Below are positions 1 through 12,938 of a stretch of DNA of 62,712 bases, piece by piece. The position numbers and the translations under genes are program-made. The notes below the pieces were generated by a model. The model was not told the DNA's origin, ran no database searches, and saw nothing but the letters and a program-made list of their open reading frames with translations. Position 1 is the stretch's first letter. Every line of letters starts with the position of its first letter. Source of the DNA: Parasitella parasitica NRRL 2501 (lineage: Eukaryota; Fungi; Mucoromycota); contig MU619247.1 in assembly GCA_025201805.1 (NCBI GenBank), positions 223,422 to 286,133 on the forward strand, given 5' to 3'.

Positions 1-437
1 CTGTCTATAATTATGGCAGATCAAGACTCTAGACGACTCAAACGATTGCGAACTTCAAGAACGAAGGACGCCATGTTCAAGTCGCCCTCAGAAGAGGCAG
101 ACGGGAGGGCAGTAACACCGAAATCAATCATATCTGGTGTTGATAGATTCATTTGGGCAGGAGGAGCGGGCTTGGGATCTCCAAATGTTGTTGAGGATCT
201 TTTGGACTTTATTTGTTGTACGAGATCAAACGCAAATAAAGGTGGAGATCGAGACGAAATAGGCCGTTTCAAGCCAGAAAAAAGAGAATCTGAAGGCAAC
301 GAAGTAGGTGAGCTAATTTTCTCGAAGGATGCAATGATGAAGCTTTTATCGAGATGGATGGATGAAGTGTTATACAATTTCTTACAAAAAGTGAATGTTC
401 CAAATTAGGTAAAAAATTGGTTAGGAGAAAGAAAGGT

Positions 438-511
438 GCTCACTTAGCTCAGTTGGTTAGAGCGTGGTGCTAATAACGCCGAGGTCACAAGTTCGACCCT
501 TGTAGTGAGCA
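438..511 (+). tRNA. tRNA-Ile (anticodon AAT)
   Basis: Acceptor stem GCTCACT(438-444)/AGTGAGC(504-510). D arm TAGCTCAGTTGGTTAGAGC. Anticodon loop CT-AAT-AA (AAT at 472-474). T loop GTTCGAC. A T6 Pol III terminator follows (512-517). Confidence 0.97.
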
Positions 512-993
512 TTTTTTGCACGCACAAATAGTGTATGTAGCATTGTCTCTTTTTAAACGGGTCTGTTATTTAGATTCCTTCTGTCATCGTGACAATATCA
601 AGTTGGTAAGACAAATTATATATCAGTTAGAAGATAAGATTTATGCATTTTGACATTGAATATTTTATCAATAATAATACTGTATATCAGCTTTTTAAAT
701 GTAATAAAAAAAAATCAGGAAGGATATTTAGATCTCGGTTCTACTGTCACTTTAGCAGAAGTTATGAGCAAATATGTGATATTTATGATAAATCTGATTT
801 TTCAAGAGACAAATATAAACAAGAAAAGATACATCTTGAATCTTTGAAATTCACTTAAAATAATTAGTGAGTAATTATAATATGGTTGTATTAGTTTAAT
901 TTTTGTAGCATATAGAATAAAGTAATGATTTGATCTGAACGTATAATAAGGAATATGATATATGAGGAGTGAATTCAAGTGAGATAGAATAAA

Positions 994-2019
994 TTAAAAT
1001 TTGTATACTTGATCTTCCGTCTTAGATACAGCTCTAGGTTTTTGAAAACCTAATTCATTAGAAGCAGTTGTCAACATTTTTATCATTGGCAAAGGTCCAC
1101 ATAATAGTAACTTGACATCCTTTGCGGGTTTTGGGCAATATTTTGCGATCATTTCTTTTGAAACTAAACCCACATCCCCATTCCAATCCTCAGATGGTGG
1201 CCTTTCAAGTACATAATGCACTTCGAAATTCTCTGGAGAAGCTTTAGCAATTTCATCCAGTTCCTTTTTTAACAGTATGTCATCTTCTGTTATATTAGCG
1301 AAAATAAGGCTGATTTTTGTCTTATCAGTGGGATCATTGCAAACACGTCGAATGATTTGAAGCATAGGTGTGATACCAGTACCGCCTGCGATCATCCCAA
1401 TTTCTCTGCACATGTTGCTTTTGTATACAAAATTTCCTTTAGGTCCTCTCATTCCAACTGAATCTCCAACTTTTAATTCACCCATTAACTTCGAAATGTT
1501 ACCTGTGGGGTAAGACTGGAGAGAGATGTCAAATTGAAAATTAAATGAGAATAATATGCAGAATACTCTACCTTAATAACTAGATCAAAGTGTCCTCTAT
1601 CTTCTTCGGGTGTGATAGGTGTATAACTTCTAGAGATCCGTTTACCGTTTATTTCAGCCATAATGGCAACATGTGAGCCAACTGGTAAGTCTAATATATC
1701 ATCAGGTCTTGGTAGTTCGAAACGATACCTGCAATAATAAATCATATCAGAAAGTTTAGGTCAAGTCAATAGCTGTCAAAAATTTCTTTCCTTTACTTTG
1801 AGGTATTGTGAGATATTGGGATTTTTTCAATAAGCCTAAAACCCTTGAACACTTTCGGGTTCAATATTTCCTCTACAAAAATGAAATTGAATTCGTTAAT
1901 TTCTTAGTTTTTCTCTCTTCGCTAATTTCTTGGTTACTTTTTGCATTAAAATAAATATAAGTTGCAAATATTGCAATTAAAGCAAGAGCAGCAGGTAAGA
2001 GTTCCTGAAAAGTTGGCAT
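994..2019 (-). CDS. CBR1: NADH-cytochrome b5 reductase (4 exons, N-terminal membrane anchor)
   Basis: RSYTP flavin-binding motif, GMIAGGTGITPMLQ NADH-binding motif, LCGP and C-terminal DQVYKF. Exons join in frame (…FDLVIK|SYPTGNISKLMGELKVG). Hydrophobic N-terminus MPTFQELLPAALALIAIF. Confidence 0.93.
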
Positions 2020-2814
2020 ACTTTGGTTGAGAAGTGAAATGAAAAGTAAAAAAAAAGGCTTTGTGTCTAATCTGTGAGAATCTACAAAATTAGACGAAAG
2101 GAAAAAAAAAATCATATGTTTCTTTTAAATGAAATTGTTTCGCGCTGTTTGAGTTTTTTTGTTATATGCATCTTTGATTTTTTTTTTTTCGTCGTATATC
2201 ACTTTTTTGCCAACAGCACATTACAAATGTAGGAGAGCAAGAGAATAAATAATGTTGTGTTATATTGATCAGTATAAAGTGTAATAGCGTTGAAACTCGG
2301 TTGCTTCTAGTGTAATTTTTATCGCGAGAAACTATATATCGAACGTTATTGTGAACTGATCAAATGGGTTGTTCATGATATATTATCACTATACCGAATG
2401 CAGCGCTGTTCATATTTTGTATAATGTTGCACTGTGTCATCGGCTTAAACCCTCTTTTTCTATTTTTTTTTTTTTTTTTTTTTTTTGCTCAAAAGTGTTG
2501 GTTTTGATATGACAAATGCTATTTAGTGAGCTTGCCGATTTTTTAAGAATTGATATAATCTTATGAAGAGATCAGACGTTACCCATAGCAAAACAAGATG
2601 TCAATGTCAGATTCAACTTTTCTTGGATTTATTCATAATATTCTAAAATGACACATGCCAATTAGAAAATATATACTGTAGTTAATTGCTTGGTGCTGCC
2701 GTCTTTTGCTTCACACAAGTAAGTGATATTGGCATAGGTATTGAGTCTAACTTTACATTCATCCGTATCCAATATTTTGTATTTGGCAGAAGCTTTCACA
2801 GCCAAGATTAGCCT

Positions 2815-2845
2815 GTCGCTATGGCAACCAATTGGCTATGGCAAC
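2815..2845. promoter_or_regulatory. Tandem putative RFX X-boxes
   Basis: GTCGCTATGGCAAC (2815-2828) and TTGGCTATGGCAAC (2832-2845), upstream of CBR1. Confidence 0.45.
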
Positions 2846-3485
2846 CAATCGACAGCCTGTAAACAGAACCATCATTGAGTCTAGATGTTGCACAAAGGGA
2901 TACTTTTGAACCGAAAACAATGTAACGTCCACCGGTCACGACAAGTGAAAAAATTTTCACATTGCACTTCGGTATTTAAGTCAAATTGATCCTTTGGAAA
3001 GCCTTTTTCTTCTTTATAGCAACAGAGAAGATCCGCACTTGACGTTAATTAATTATACATACGGGAATGTTCTATCATTCGATACGATTTTTACGTTAGG
3101 GAAGGTCTCCAGACTATAGTGGCCCTTTTTTTTGAAGGGCTATACCTGTAATGGGTATAAAATATGCGTTGCCTTCGGTTAACGTGCCTTCTCTATCTTT
3201 TGACCAAAACAAAGGTTGAGTTTCGAAAGCTCTAGAGATGGCTATTTTACTGGTCATAGTTATAGTTATTGCGGATACTGTTTCTTTCGTTTCGGAAGAA
3301 TAGTTAACAGAATGGAGACTACTCTCTCAAGTTGCTATATTTTTTTTTAAATCAATGAAAATGAAAAAGGTGAAAGCTTTGTTTATTAAAAGATGAAGGA
3401 AGGGGGCTCGTTTGTAGTTTAAATTAATTTTACACGTTAATATAATAAAAGGGAATATTGGAATAGTTAAAACACTATAAGGTTT

Positions 3486-5077
<1,592 letters not shown>

Positions 5078-5700
5078 GCTTGAGCACTGTTTACAATACC
5101 AATCGTCTAAATATAATCAGAAAGAGAAACCCCAAGAGTAAGTACCATGTTTCACTGAATAACGTGTCAGATCAAAATCGTAAGAAACAAAATTACCTTT
5201 GGGTATATTCCTCAAAGGTGGGTCGCAGCAGAAAGTATGATACCCTCTATCACAATGATTGCAAATAACAATTTTACCCTACAAATGAAAAAAAAAAGAG
5301 AAAGGTAATATATCAATACAAAGAAAAAGTTTTTCCATAATTGTCATACTTCGTCATTTTTGGACTGACAAACTAGGCAACTTTTGCAGTCGTTGCATTG
5401 CCAATCATATGTCTTAACGATTTCGGCTGAAGTGCTATTCATTTCACAACATACGAGCTTTTATACACCCCCCCGAACTACGGTGAAAATAATCGACCTT
5501 CGCTTCGCTACGGTGATATTTTCCGACCTTCGTTCTTATTGGGGGGTACACAGCTCGCGCCTGCAGCGGGCTGTCCCACTTAACACAGTGCTAAATCAAA
5601 CGAAATAAGAAACAATGAGTGGAAATAACATTTACGTATTGTATAAAGATACGATATATTATGATTATTTGGTATTTTTTGTTTAAATCCTCGAAGTTGG

Positions 5701-6950
5701 TTAATTTTGAAAAATCTCAGTATAGACAACGTTTGATGTACAAATACTCCTTCTTGGCTTGGGGTTGATGATAATTGAGATGTCATCTGGCCTTTTAACT
5801 CGAGATAGAGCGACATATAATTGGCCATGCGAGAAAATTGAGACAGGAAGATACAGCCCTACAAAGTCCAGAGTTTGACCTTGCGATTTATTTATCGTCA
5901 TGGCAAAAGCTGGTCTGACAGGGAACTGACAACGCTTGAATTCTACGACGACTTGCTCAACTATCGAGTTTAAGGTAACTCTGGGTATGAGCACAACATT
6001 GCGTTGATAAGTTCCAGTTGCAACTTCAGCCTGGATAGTGTTCCTTGTGGATGCTCGACAAATAAGCCTTGTACCATTATAAACACCATGAGCAGGATCG
6101 ATGTTTCTGAGCATCATGATTGGCGAGCCAATTTTCAACTTGAGCTGGTGAGGTGGAAGACTACCACAGTTGAGAAAATTCATGAATTCTGATGGCTGCT
6201 CTAAAGCGTCGTCTTCACTCAACGCCGTGTCAGTACTCAGGAATTCAGTGAATTCACCGGGAAACTTCTCAAGCATGAAGTCATTTAATTTAGAAACAAA
6301 AGCATTGGTCGGTGTCAGGATAGCCTTCGACATTAAGTTGTCGCGGGTGGTATCAGCAGTGAGCGCAAAGTTGTTGTAGACACATACATGTTGGCAAAGG
6401 ACAGAAATATCATTGCCAGGCAGAAGCATATTTTATTACGGAATACGAATCAAGTCAGCTGTGTTGGGCTGAATAGGGAAGGAGCCATTGCCAATAGCAA
6501 GCAAGAAATCAGCAAAAATTTTGTAATGAGGTGGCCAATGCAGCGTTATGTAATGACATGGCTTGCTAATCTCTCATGCTTGTTGTTAAGCTGAGTACTT
6601 GTACATGCAGCCAAAGATTTGAGGTCAGAATGCATGCTTGAATGATTTCTTCTTTACTGCCATGAGGAACCATAGGTAAAATTTGACCAAAATTGCCAAC
6701 AAATACAATAAATTTTCCTCCAAAGGGAAAATCTGCCTGTCTTTCGTCTATTTAAATATTGCTTCATGACATCTTTAAATGTCCTGTCTACTGTTTCGAG
6801 AACATCACGGCTGTTCATCGATGCTTCATCCTAGATAAATAAGGCTTTTTCCAAGAGATCTTGGTCTCAAAGAACACACAGATGAATCATTGCAGTTAAT
6901 AAGAAAAATTCCAAATCTTGAGTGAGCAGTATGGCCATCTTTTAACTGTA
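5701..6950 (-). pseudogene. Helitron PIF1-like helicase, disrupted
   Basis: The C-terminal 242 aa are intact (LKIGSPIMMLRNID, NGTRL, QFPVRPAFAMTINKSQGQT, FSHGQLYVALSRV, NVVYTEI). Upstream motifs GHTAHSRFGI and LFI*DEASM (Walker B, TGG->TAG) are broken by stops and frameshifts. Confidence 0.9.
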
Positions 6951-6990
6951 ACACTTGGTGCATGAAAGATGGCATTGAATGAAAAAATAT

Positions 6991-7075
6991 GACTGTTTTT
7001 TACGATTCAACTTTAAGCGCTGAGGACTGTTTTTTACGATTCAATTTTAAGCGCTGAGGACTGTTTTTTACGATT
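6991..7075. repeat. 34-bp tandem repeat (2.5 copies) near the Helitron 5' end
   Basis: GACTGTTTTTTACGATTCAA(C/T)TTTAAGCGCTGAG at 6991-7024 and 7025-7058, with a partial copy at 7059-7075. Confidence 0.95.
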
Positions 7076-8098
7076 TCTATCATTTTAATATAAGAGATAG
7101 CATGGGCTATCAATTAACATTTTACTGTTAGTTGGTATTCTCTATGTGCATCCTTCTTCGCTCCCTTTCACTATAAATTATTGTAACTATTTCATTATAA
7201 TCCTACCGACCGTTTTGATGGCAATCGGAGCATTTCAGAAGCTCACGTTTGTTTCCTTCTTGATCGAAATCATAGTATCCTTTACACAACAAACACATGC
7301 CTAATGTATACTACATGACAACAAAATAAGCAACAAATTTATATCATGGAGCCAGAAAGCTTACATCTACTTGTAGACGTTGACGTGTCCTTTTCGTCGT
7401 CGACATACTTATACTAATAAATATATCGTTTGAAAGGAACGATTAAAAAAAAACAAAACAAAAAAACTCAATTTTTTTTTCATTCCAACCCCTCTCTTTC
7501 CCTCCCCTCACCTTCTGGCTCCTTCAATCTGTAAAATACTGTACTATATTTTAAAAGCGAATGAGTCACACAAAGCGGGTTTCTTGTTTAGTAAAAGAAA
7601 AGAACTCGCGTTCTTCGTGGTTGTTGTTACAGCATTCGCACTCAGTTTTGTATCACAATAATGTGTTCAAACTATATGTGGCATTGGTTAACCACAAACA
7701 AAACAAAAGCGATGAAAACTAGCTCGTTTCAAGTGAACATGTCCTTTTGTACCTATAGTATATTTTTTTTTTTCAGTCTTTCATTGCATTTTTGGAGAGA
7801 TATAATCTTTGAAAGAGTTAACATTATTGTATTTTTCATCGGATTTTGATTTTATTGATCTGTCAAATGATTAGCACGCAGTTGCCTAGTAACTAATTTA
7901 CTCATCAAACCATCATAATGGTAATTGTTTGTTATGCAACTCTCTAACATTTTTGGCAAAAACACAACAGTCAAACTCTATAACATTAATGCTGTTGTCA
8001 AAACAAGCAGAGTCTGAAAATCGGCATGGATTTGTCATATAAAAGTCGGCGATTCTCATCTCAATGAAAATATTCGTTTGTTCCCCTTTCTCATTATC

Positions 8099-10054
8099 AT
8101 GTTACGTTTATCAAAATTAATCAATTTCCCTTTAATGTTTTGGAAAAAACACCAGGCACCTGAATTTAGTGACGAAGAAACAGCCTCGCTAATAATCTCC
8201 AATCAAGTGGATGAAACCTTTATCAAGCATAAAACTCATAGTGCAATTACCCCATCTCCCGTTATAAATGAAACTTTATATTATCCAGACACAATAGAGT
8301 CCTCTATTGTTTCTCAGAAAAGGAGCCTATATTATTGCTGTAAATATGGAGAAACTCGACTCGAATTACAAGTTATACTCCTGTTTGGTATTCCCCTGAT
8401 TTGCAGCTTTATGCTAGGTGTTGGAAATAAGGTTGTTGATGTCTGGTTCCTCGGTAAGACTGGATCCGAAGCCATGGCCATCGCAAGCCTTGGCAATCTT
8501 TTCACTACAGTAGCAGGTTTATCGGTTGGACAAGGAATGTTAACAGGTGCAGTAATCGAACAAGTTAAACAAAGAAGAGCTCATCGCTGATGATATCATT
8601 TTGTGCATGAATTAGCTATCGATACTCTTGTAGCTCAGGCTTTTACAAGTGCGCGTAATCCCTATACAGTAGGTATTATCTTACAACGGGGATTAGTGAT
8701 CTTGTATATTTTTGGTGCTTTTGTTGCATTAACCTGGTAATGCCAGCTCGTACCAACTCGACCACCCAACCACTAATCTAGAATGTGTGTATATTAGGTG
8801 TTTCTCTGAGCGGATTCTTTTGTCTATGGGCCAATCGTCCGAGCTAGCTAGTAAAACTCATGAATATATACTGTGTTATATACCCAATATATTTTCAGTT
8901 TTCACTATTGTAGCATTGAGAAAGTTCTTACAGGGCCTTGGTATACATATGAAGTCTGGTTGCAATTGCTTATAGAATCATCTGACCCCGATGTTTTAGG
9001 TAAAATGAAGGTGGCCATGTATCTACTCATGATTCTATTTCCTATCAACGTGGCTTCGAATTACTTTTTCCTCATCTACTTGGAAGCAGGCTTCATCGGA
9101 GCAGCCTATCATAGCGTATTTATAACAAGTGTGTCGCTTTCATTGTATATTTCGTCAATTTTTATCTGGACAGATGCAAGGAAAATTTGGCCTGGCTTTA
9201 CAACGCAAGCTTTCTGTCATTGGGGTGAATTTTTGAAACTAGGTAAAATAAAAATTACAAAATAATGCACACTAAAATTTACAAATTTAGGCATTCCGGG
9301 GATGTTGAGTGTCTCCACTGACTGGGCCTTTGAGGTGTGTGCTATCATCACTGGCGTACTAGGCCAAACAAGCCTGGCTGCACAATCCGTCGTTATCAGT
9401 GTCAATACTCTATTGCTCATGATACCAAAGTAAATCAATTAGGACTTTAGTAGACTCAACAGTGCTTTGGCTAATATATACTGGAAGTGCACTTGCTACT
9501 GCGCTTATGGTTCGTTTGGGACATCATTTAGGAGCTAACCGAGCTAGAAAAACAAAAAAGTGTGTCATGTTGGCTAGTGCACTCGGGCTTGTATTTGTTT
9601 TCGTCAATTCAATAGTATTATTCGTGAATCGATCAGCAATTGCAAATGTTTTCAGCAAAGATGAACTTGTTGTTGATGCCGTTATAGAGTTGATGGGCGT
9701 TGGTAGTCTTGCTCACTTTGCATTGGTAAATGTTTACATCATTCACTAGCCATCAAAACATTTTGTAAACACAGAATATAGGGTTTCGGTATTGTCCTCT
9801 CAGGTACGCTCAATGCCTTTGGCAAACAACATTTAGTGGCATTCTTCAACATTGTATCATATTACGTTATTGGCTTGCCATTTGGTCTATACATGACATC
9901 AAACCACAATTGGGGTCTAATTGGCATTTGGTCTGGTGTTGTTATTGCTGGATTGGTAAAATCGATTAGTGAAGGCATCGTTATTGTGTTCTTTATTGAC
10001 TGGGAAAAAGAGTGTGTCCGAGCTGCGAAACGTATTAATAAACAAGAAATTTAA
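8099..10054 (+). CDS. MATE-family efflux transporter (multi-exon)
   Basis: MatE signatures: AIDTLVAQAF, GIILQRG, WPGFTTQAFCHWGEFLKLGIPG, DWAFE, LAAQS, VRLGHHLGAN, YYVIGLPFG, GLIGIWSG, DWEKE. Many hydrophobic segments. Confidence 0.93.
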
Positions 10055-11011
10055 GCTTTTTGCCTTTCTAATGAAAATAAAGCTGAATTTTTAGCATGCT
10101 TATATCATGCTTCTTCAAAGTTTAAAAGTTGAAAAAAAAGACCTTTTCATATAAACCACCGTTTACCAACAGTATTTTCCCCTTTGCGAACGCAGAGCGA
10201 CCCCAACTCACTTTTTCTTGGCTCTTTGCATCTTCTTGTGGCAGTTTTTCCTATTTTTACGATACCGTAATTTGGGCCTACACTAGCAAGGCAGAATGAC
10301 ATCAAATCCTTTGATCACAATTCCCTTTCTGAAATCTGTAATTTTCATCAAGATGTTTCCAAGCTCAAATTGTTCTATATTTGTTAGAGTGTCGCATAAT
10401 ATTAATTATTCTGATGTTTCCTTTGCAAAAAATTAATTTTTACAGAAAATCCCGTTTTTCAGAATTTAAGGATTTGCGACGCACTTTTAGGACAAAATCT
10501 TTTTATATATTATTTCATGAAATGCACTATTAAATCTCTATAAATCAGCACTAATAACTCAAGCAGATTGTTCTAGTAATTTAGAAATACCTTTAAACAT
10601 GAAAAAGTAAAATTCAAGTCTACCCGTTTAACCTTTCGAGGCAGATTTTGGACACTGGCCTTGCCTGAAGAACTCAACTAAATGTTTAATATAACGCAAA
10701 ATGAGGGGATTCAACAACGTAAAAAACGATCAAGTTATTGTAAACAATCGATAGGAGCATTCATGTACAAATTTATTTACAATTAGCCGTTTTTTAGACC
10801 TTTGAAACTGCCAATCATTAAACGATTGTCAGTAGAGTTACAAGTACTAGCAGTGTAGCTAGCCGTGGCGCTAGCAATTCAGTCTAATGAACTCACGTTT
10901 GTTTTGATGTGACTCTTTCCAACATGATTTTTTCCTTTTGATATCTAGCACTTTTCTCTTCTACTCGTTTTCTCTTTTCTACGTTACATACACACATACT
11001 ACACAACAGTT

Positions 11012-12588
11012 ATGGGTGGACACAGAGTTTACATTGGTCGACTTGCTCGCGATGCCACCAGACGTGATCTTGAAGATCTTTTTAAAGATTACGGTAGAAT
11101 CCTTGATGTTACAGTAAAGAGCGGTTTTGGTTTTGTTGAATTCACTGATAAAATTGATGCCGAAGATGCTGTCCATGATTTTCATGATACTAAATTTTTG
11201 GGACAAAGGTAACATAGTGTTGAAAACATCAATTATATATAAATTTAACAACCAGCCCCACCCCTCTTTTTTTTCAGAATTATCGTTGAGCTTGCTATGA
11301 GTCGACGTCGTGGCGAACGTCAAGAAAAGTAAGTAGCTGTTATAGGCGCAACCTTTTTTTTTTTTTTAATTAATGTTTTTTTCAATAGTAAGGATACTAA
11401 TCGGATTATCGTCAAGAACATCCCACCCAAGACCACTTGGCAGGTAAAGCAATCTTCTCTTTTTCTATGCTGCTATTAGGCTGTGTATTTCTCCCCTTCC
11501 CTTTACATTTACCACCCTCTTCCTACGGAACCCTCTTTCTTTTCCCAATGGAGCTTCTTTTTCTATTTACACTTGTTTCCAGGGCTGTTTCAATCAATTG
11601 AGACGCTCTATTTATAACAATTGATAAGTGAGAATTAAGCTCTACTGGAAAAATAGAGTGAAGATGAGACTTATTCCAACATAAACCCCTCCGGGTTGGG
11701 GTCTTTTGTGTAACTTGTTCTGTTTGTCGTCTTCTCTGTTGACTCCGACACATTTCCTGTGTATCCCATCTTTTTGTTGAATCTTTGAGTGTTCTTGTTG
11801 ACCAAGGAAAAAAAAAGATTCTATCAGTGGGTCTTCTGTCTCTCCTCTCTCCTATTTTCCCTTTTGCAAATGTCTATTATCTATTGTGAAACTAAATCAA
11901 TCTCTATCTTCAATCTCTGATTCGACATCAAAAGGATCTCAAGGACTTTATGCGCAAGGCTGGCCGTGTTACTTTTGCTGACATTCTCAAAGATCGCGAG
12001 GGCGAAGGGTAAATATAATTTATGTATATTTTATTAATTTTTGTCACACGATTGTCTTACATAATTTCTTTTTTTGGCAGTGTTGTTGAATTCGCTAAAC
12101 GTGATGACATGAAGTATGCATTGAAAGAGCTTGACAACGAAAAACTGAACGGCACTCGTGTCACTGTTGAGGAGGCGGTAAGTTGTGGATTTTGGTTGAT
12201 ATCTGTCCTATTGACTTACTCTAAATCAATTCAATGCAATTTAATGTAAAAGGGTCGCAGCAGAAGAAAATCATCTCGTGATCGCAGCAGATCTCCTCGT
12301 CGCTCTTCTCGTCGTCGCTCTCGCAGCCGCGATAGTCGCTCACGCTCACGATCTCGTTCTGGTTCTGGTCACCGTGATCACTCTGCATCCAGATCTCGTT
12401 CTAGTTCCAGAGGAAGATCATCTGAGCGTCGTGTTGATATCAAGACCGAGGATTTGGTTATTGATGTTCCTGTCAACGACGAAGATGCCTCTTTTCGAGA
12501 TGAAAGAAACGATCGCTCAGGTACGCCTCGTTCTCGTTCCCGCTCCAGAAGCACCAGTCGTCAAAGCTCTGAGGGCGATAGAGATTAA
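11012..12588 (+). CDS. SR splicing factor with 2 RRMs and an RS domain (SRSF4/5/6- and Srp2-like)
   Basis: RRM1 has RVYIGRL…GFGFVEF…DAEDAV. The pseudo-RRM2 motif TTWQ|DLKDFMRKAG is split by intron 11444-11934. The last exon (12253-12588) is RS-rich (RSRSRDSRSRSRSRS). Confidence 0.93.
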
Positions 12589-12938
12589 AAGCAGAAGATT
12601 ATCATTTGATAATTGCGAAAAAAGAATGGCTAATAATAATTTGAACAAAAATATATAAATATAAAGATGTAAAACGTGCCTAAAATCCCCTTATAGTACC
12701 CCCACTGTATAGGTTGTACGCTTTTAATGTGCAGTGTTACAGAAAATTATTGTGCTTCTTAATTTTCATAAACGCTTGTGTTCATTGGAATTTGGACATC
12801 TTGAGTGATTCTGGTATCAACATCTTCTCCTCTTTTTCTTTTCTATCATTTACTTTTACCTTTTTTCTCTCATTCCTTTCCCTCTCCCCTCTCAATTGAT
12901 TTATGTCTTTTTAGTTGATAGAAGAACAGTTAAATTAG

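Larger units (their letters stand above)
5373..7097 (-). mobile_element. Internally deleted, decayed Helitron
   Basis: On the minus strand the 5' end reads A|TCTCTTATATTAAAA (7097) and the 3' end reads CTAG|T (5373), preceded by a hairpin (GGCAA…TTGCC, 5376-5402). This implies an AT target site. A PIF1 helicase remnant lies inside and no Rep domain is seen. Confidence 0.78.

Noticed and set aside
643-858. Short AT-rich ORFs 3' of the tRNA
   Set aside because: No motifs or splice support, consistent with chance.
6991-7075. CRISPR-like repeat
   Set aside because: The copies are head-to-tail with no spacers, in a eukaryotic transposon context.
12278-12658. Hydrophobic 126-aa ORF resembling a secreted protein
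   Set aside because: It is an alternative frame of the RS-domain exon.
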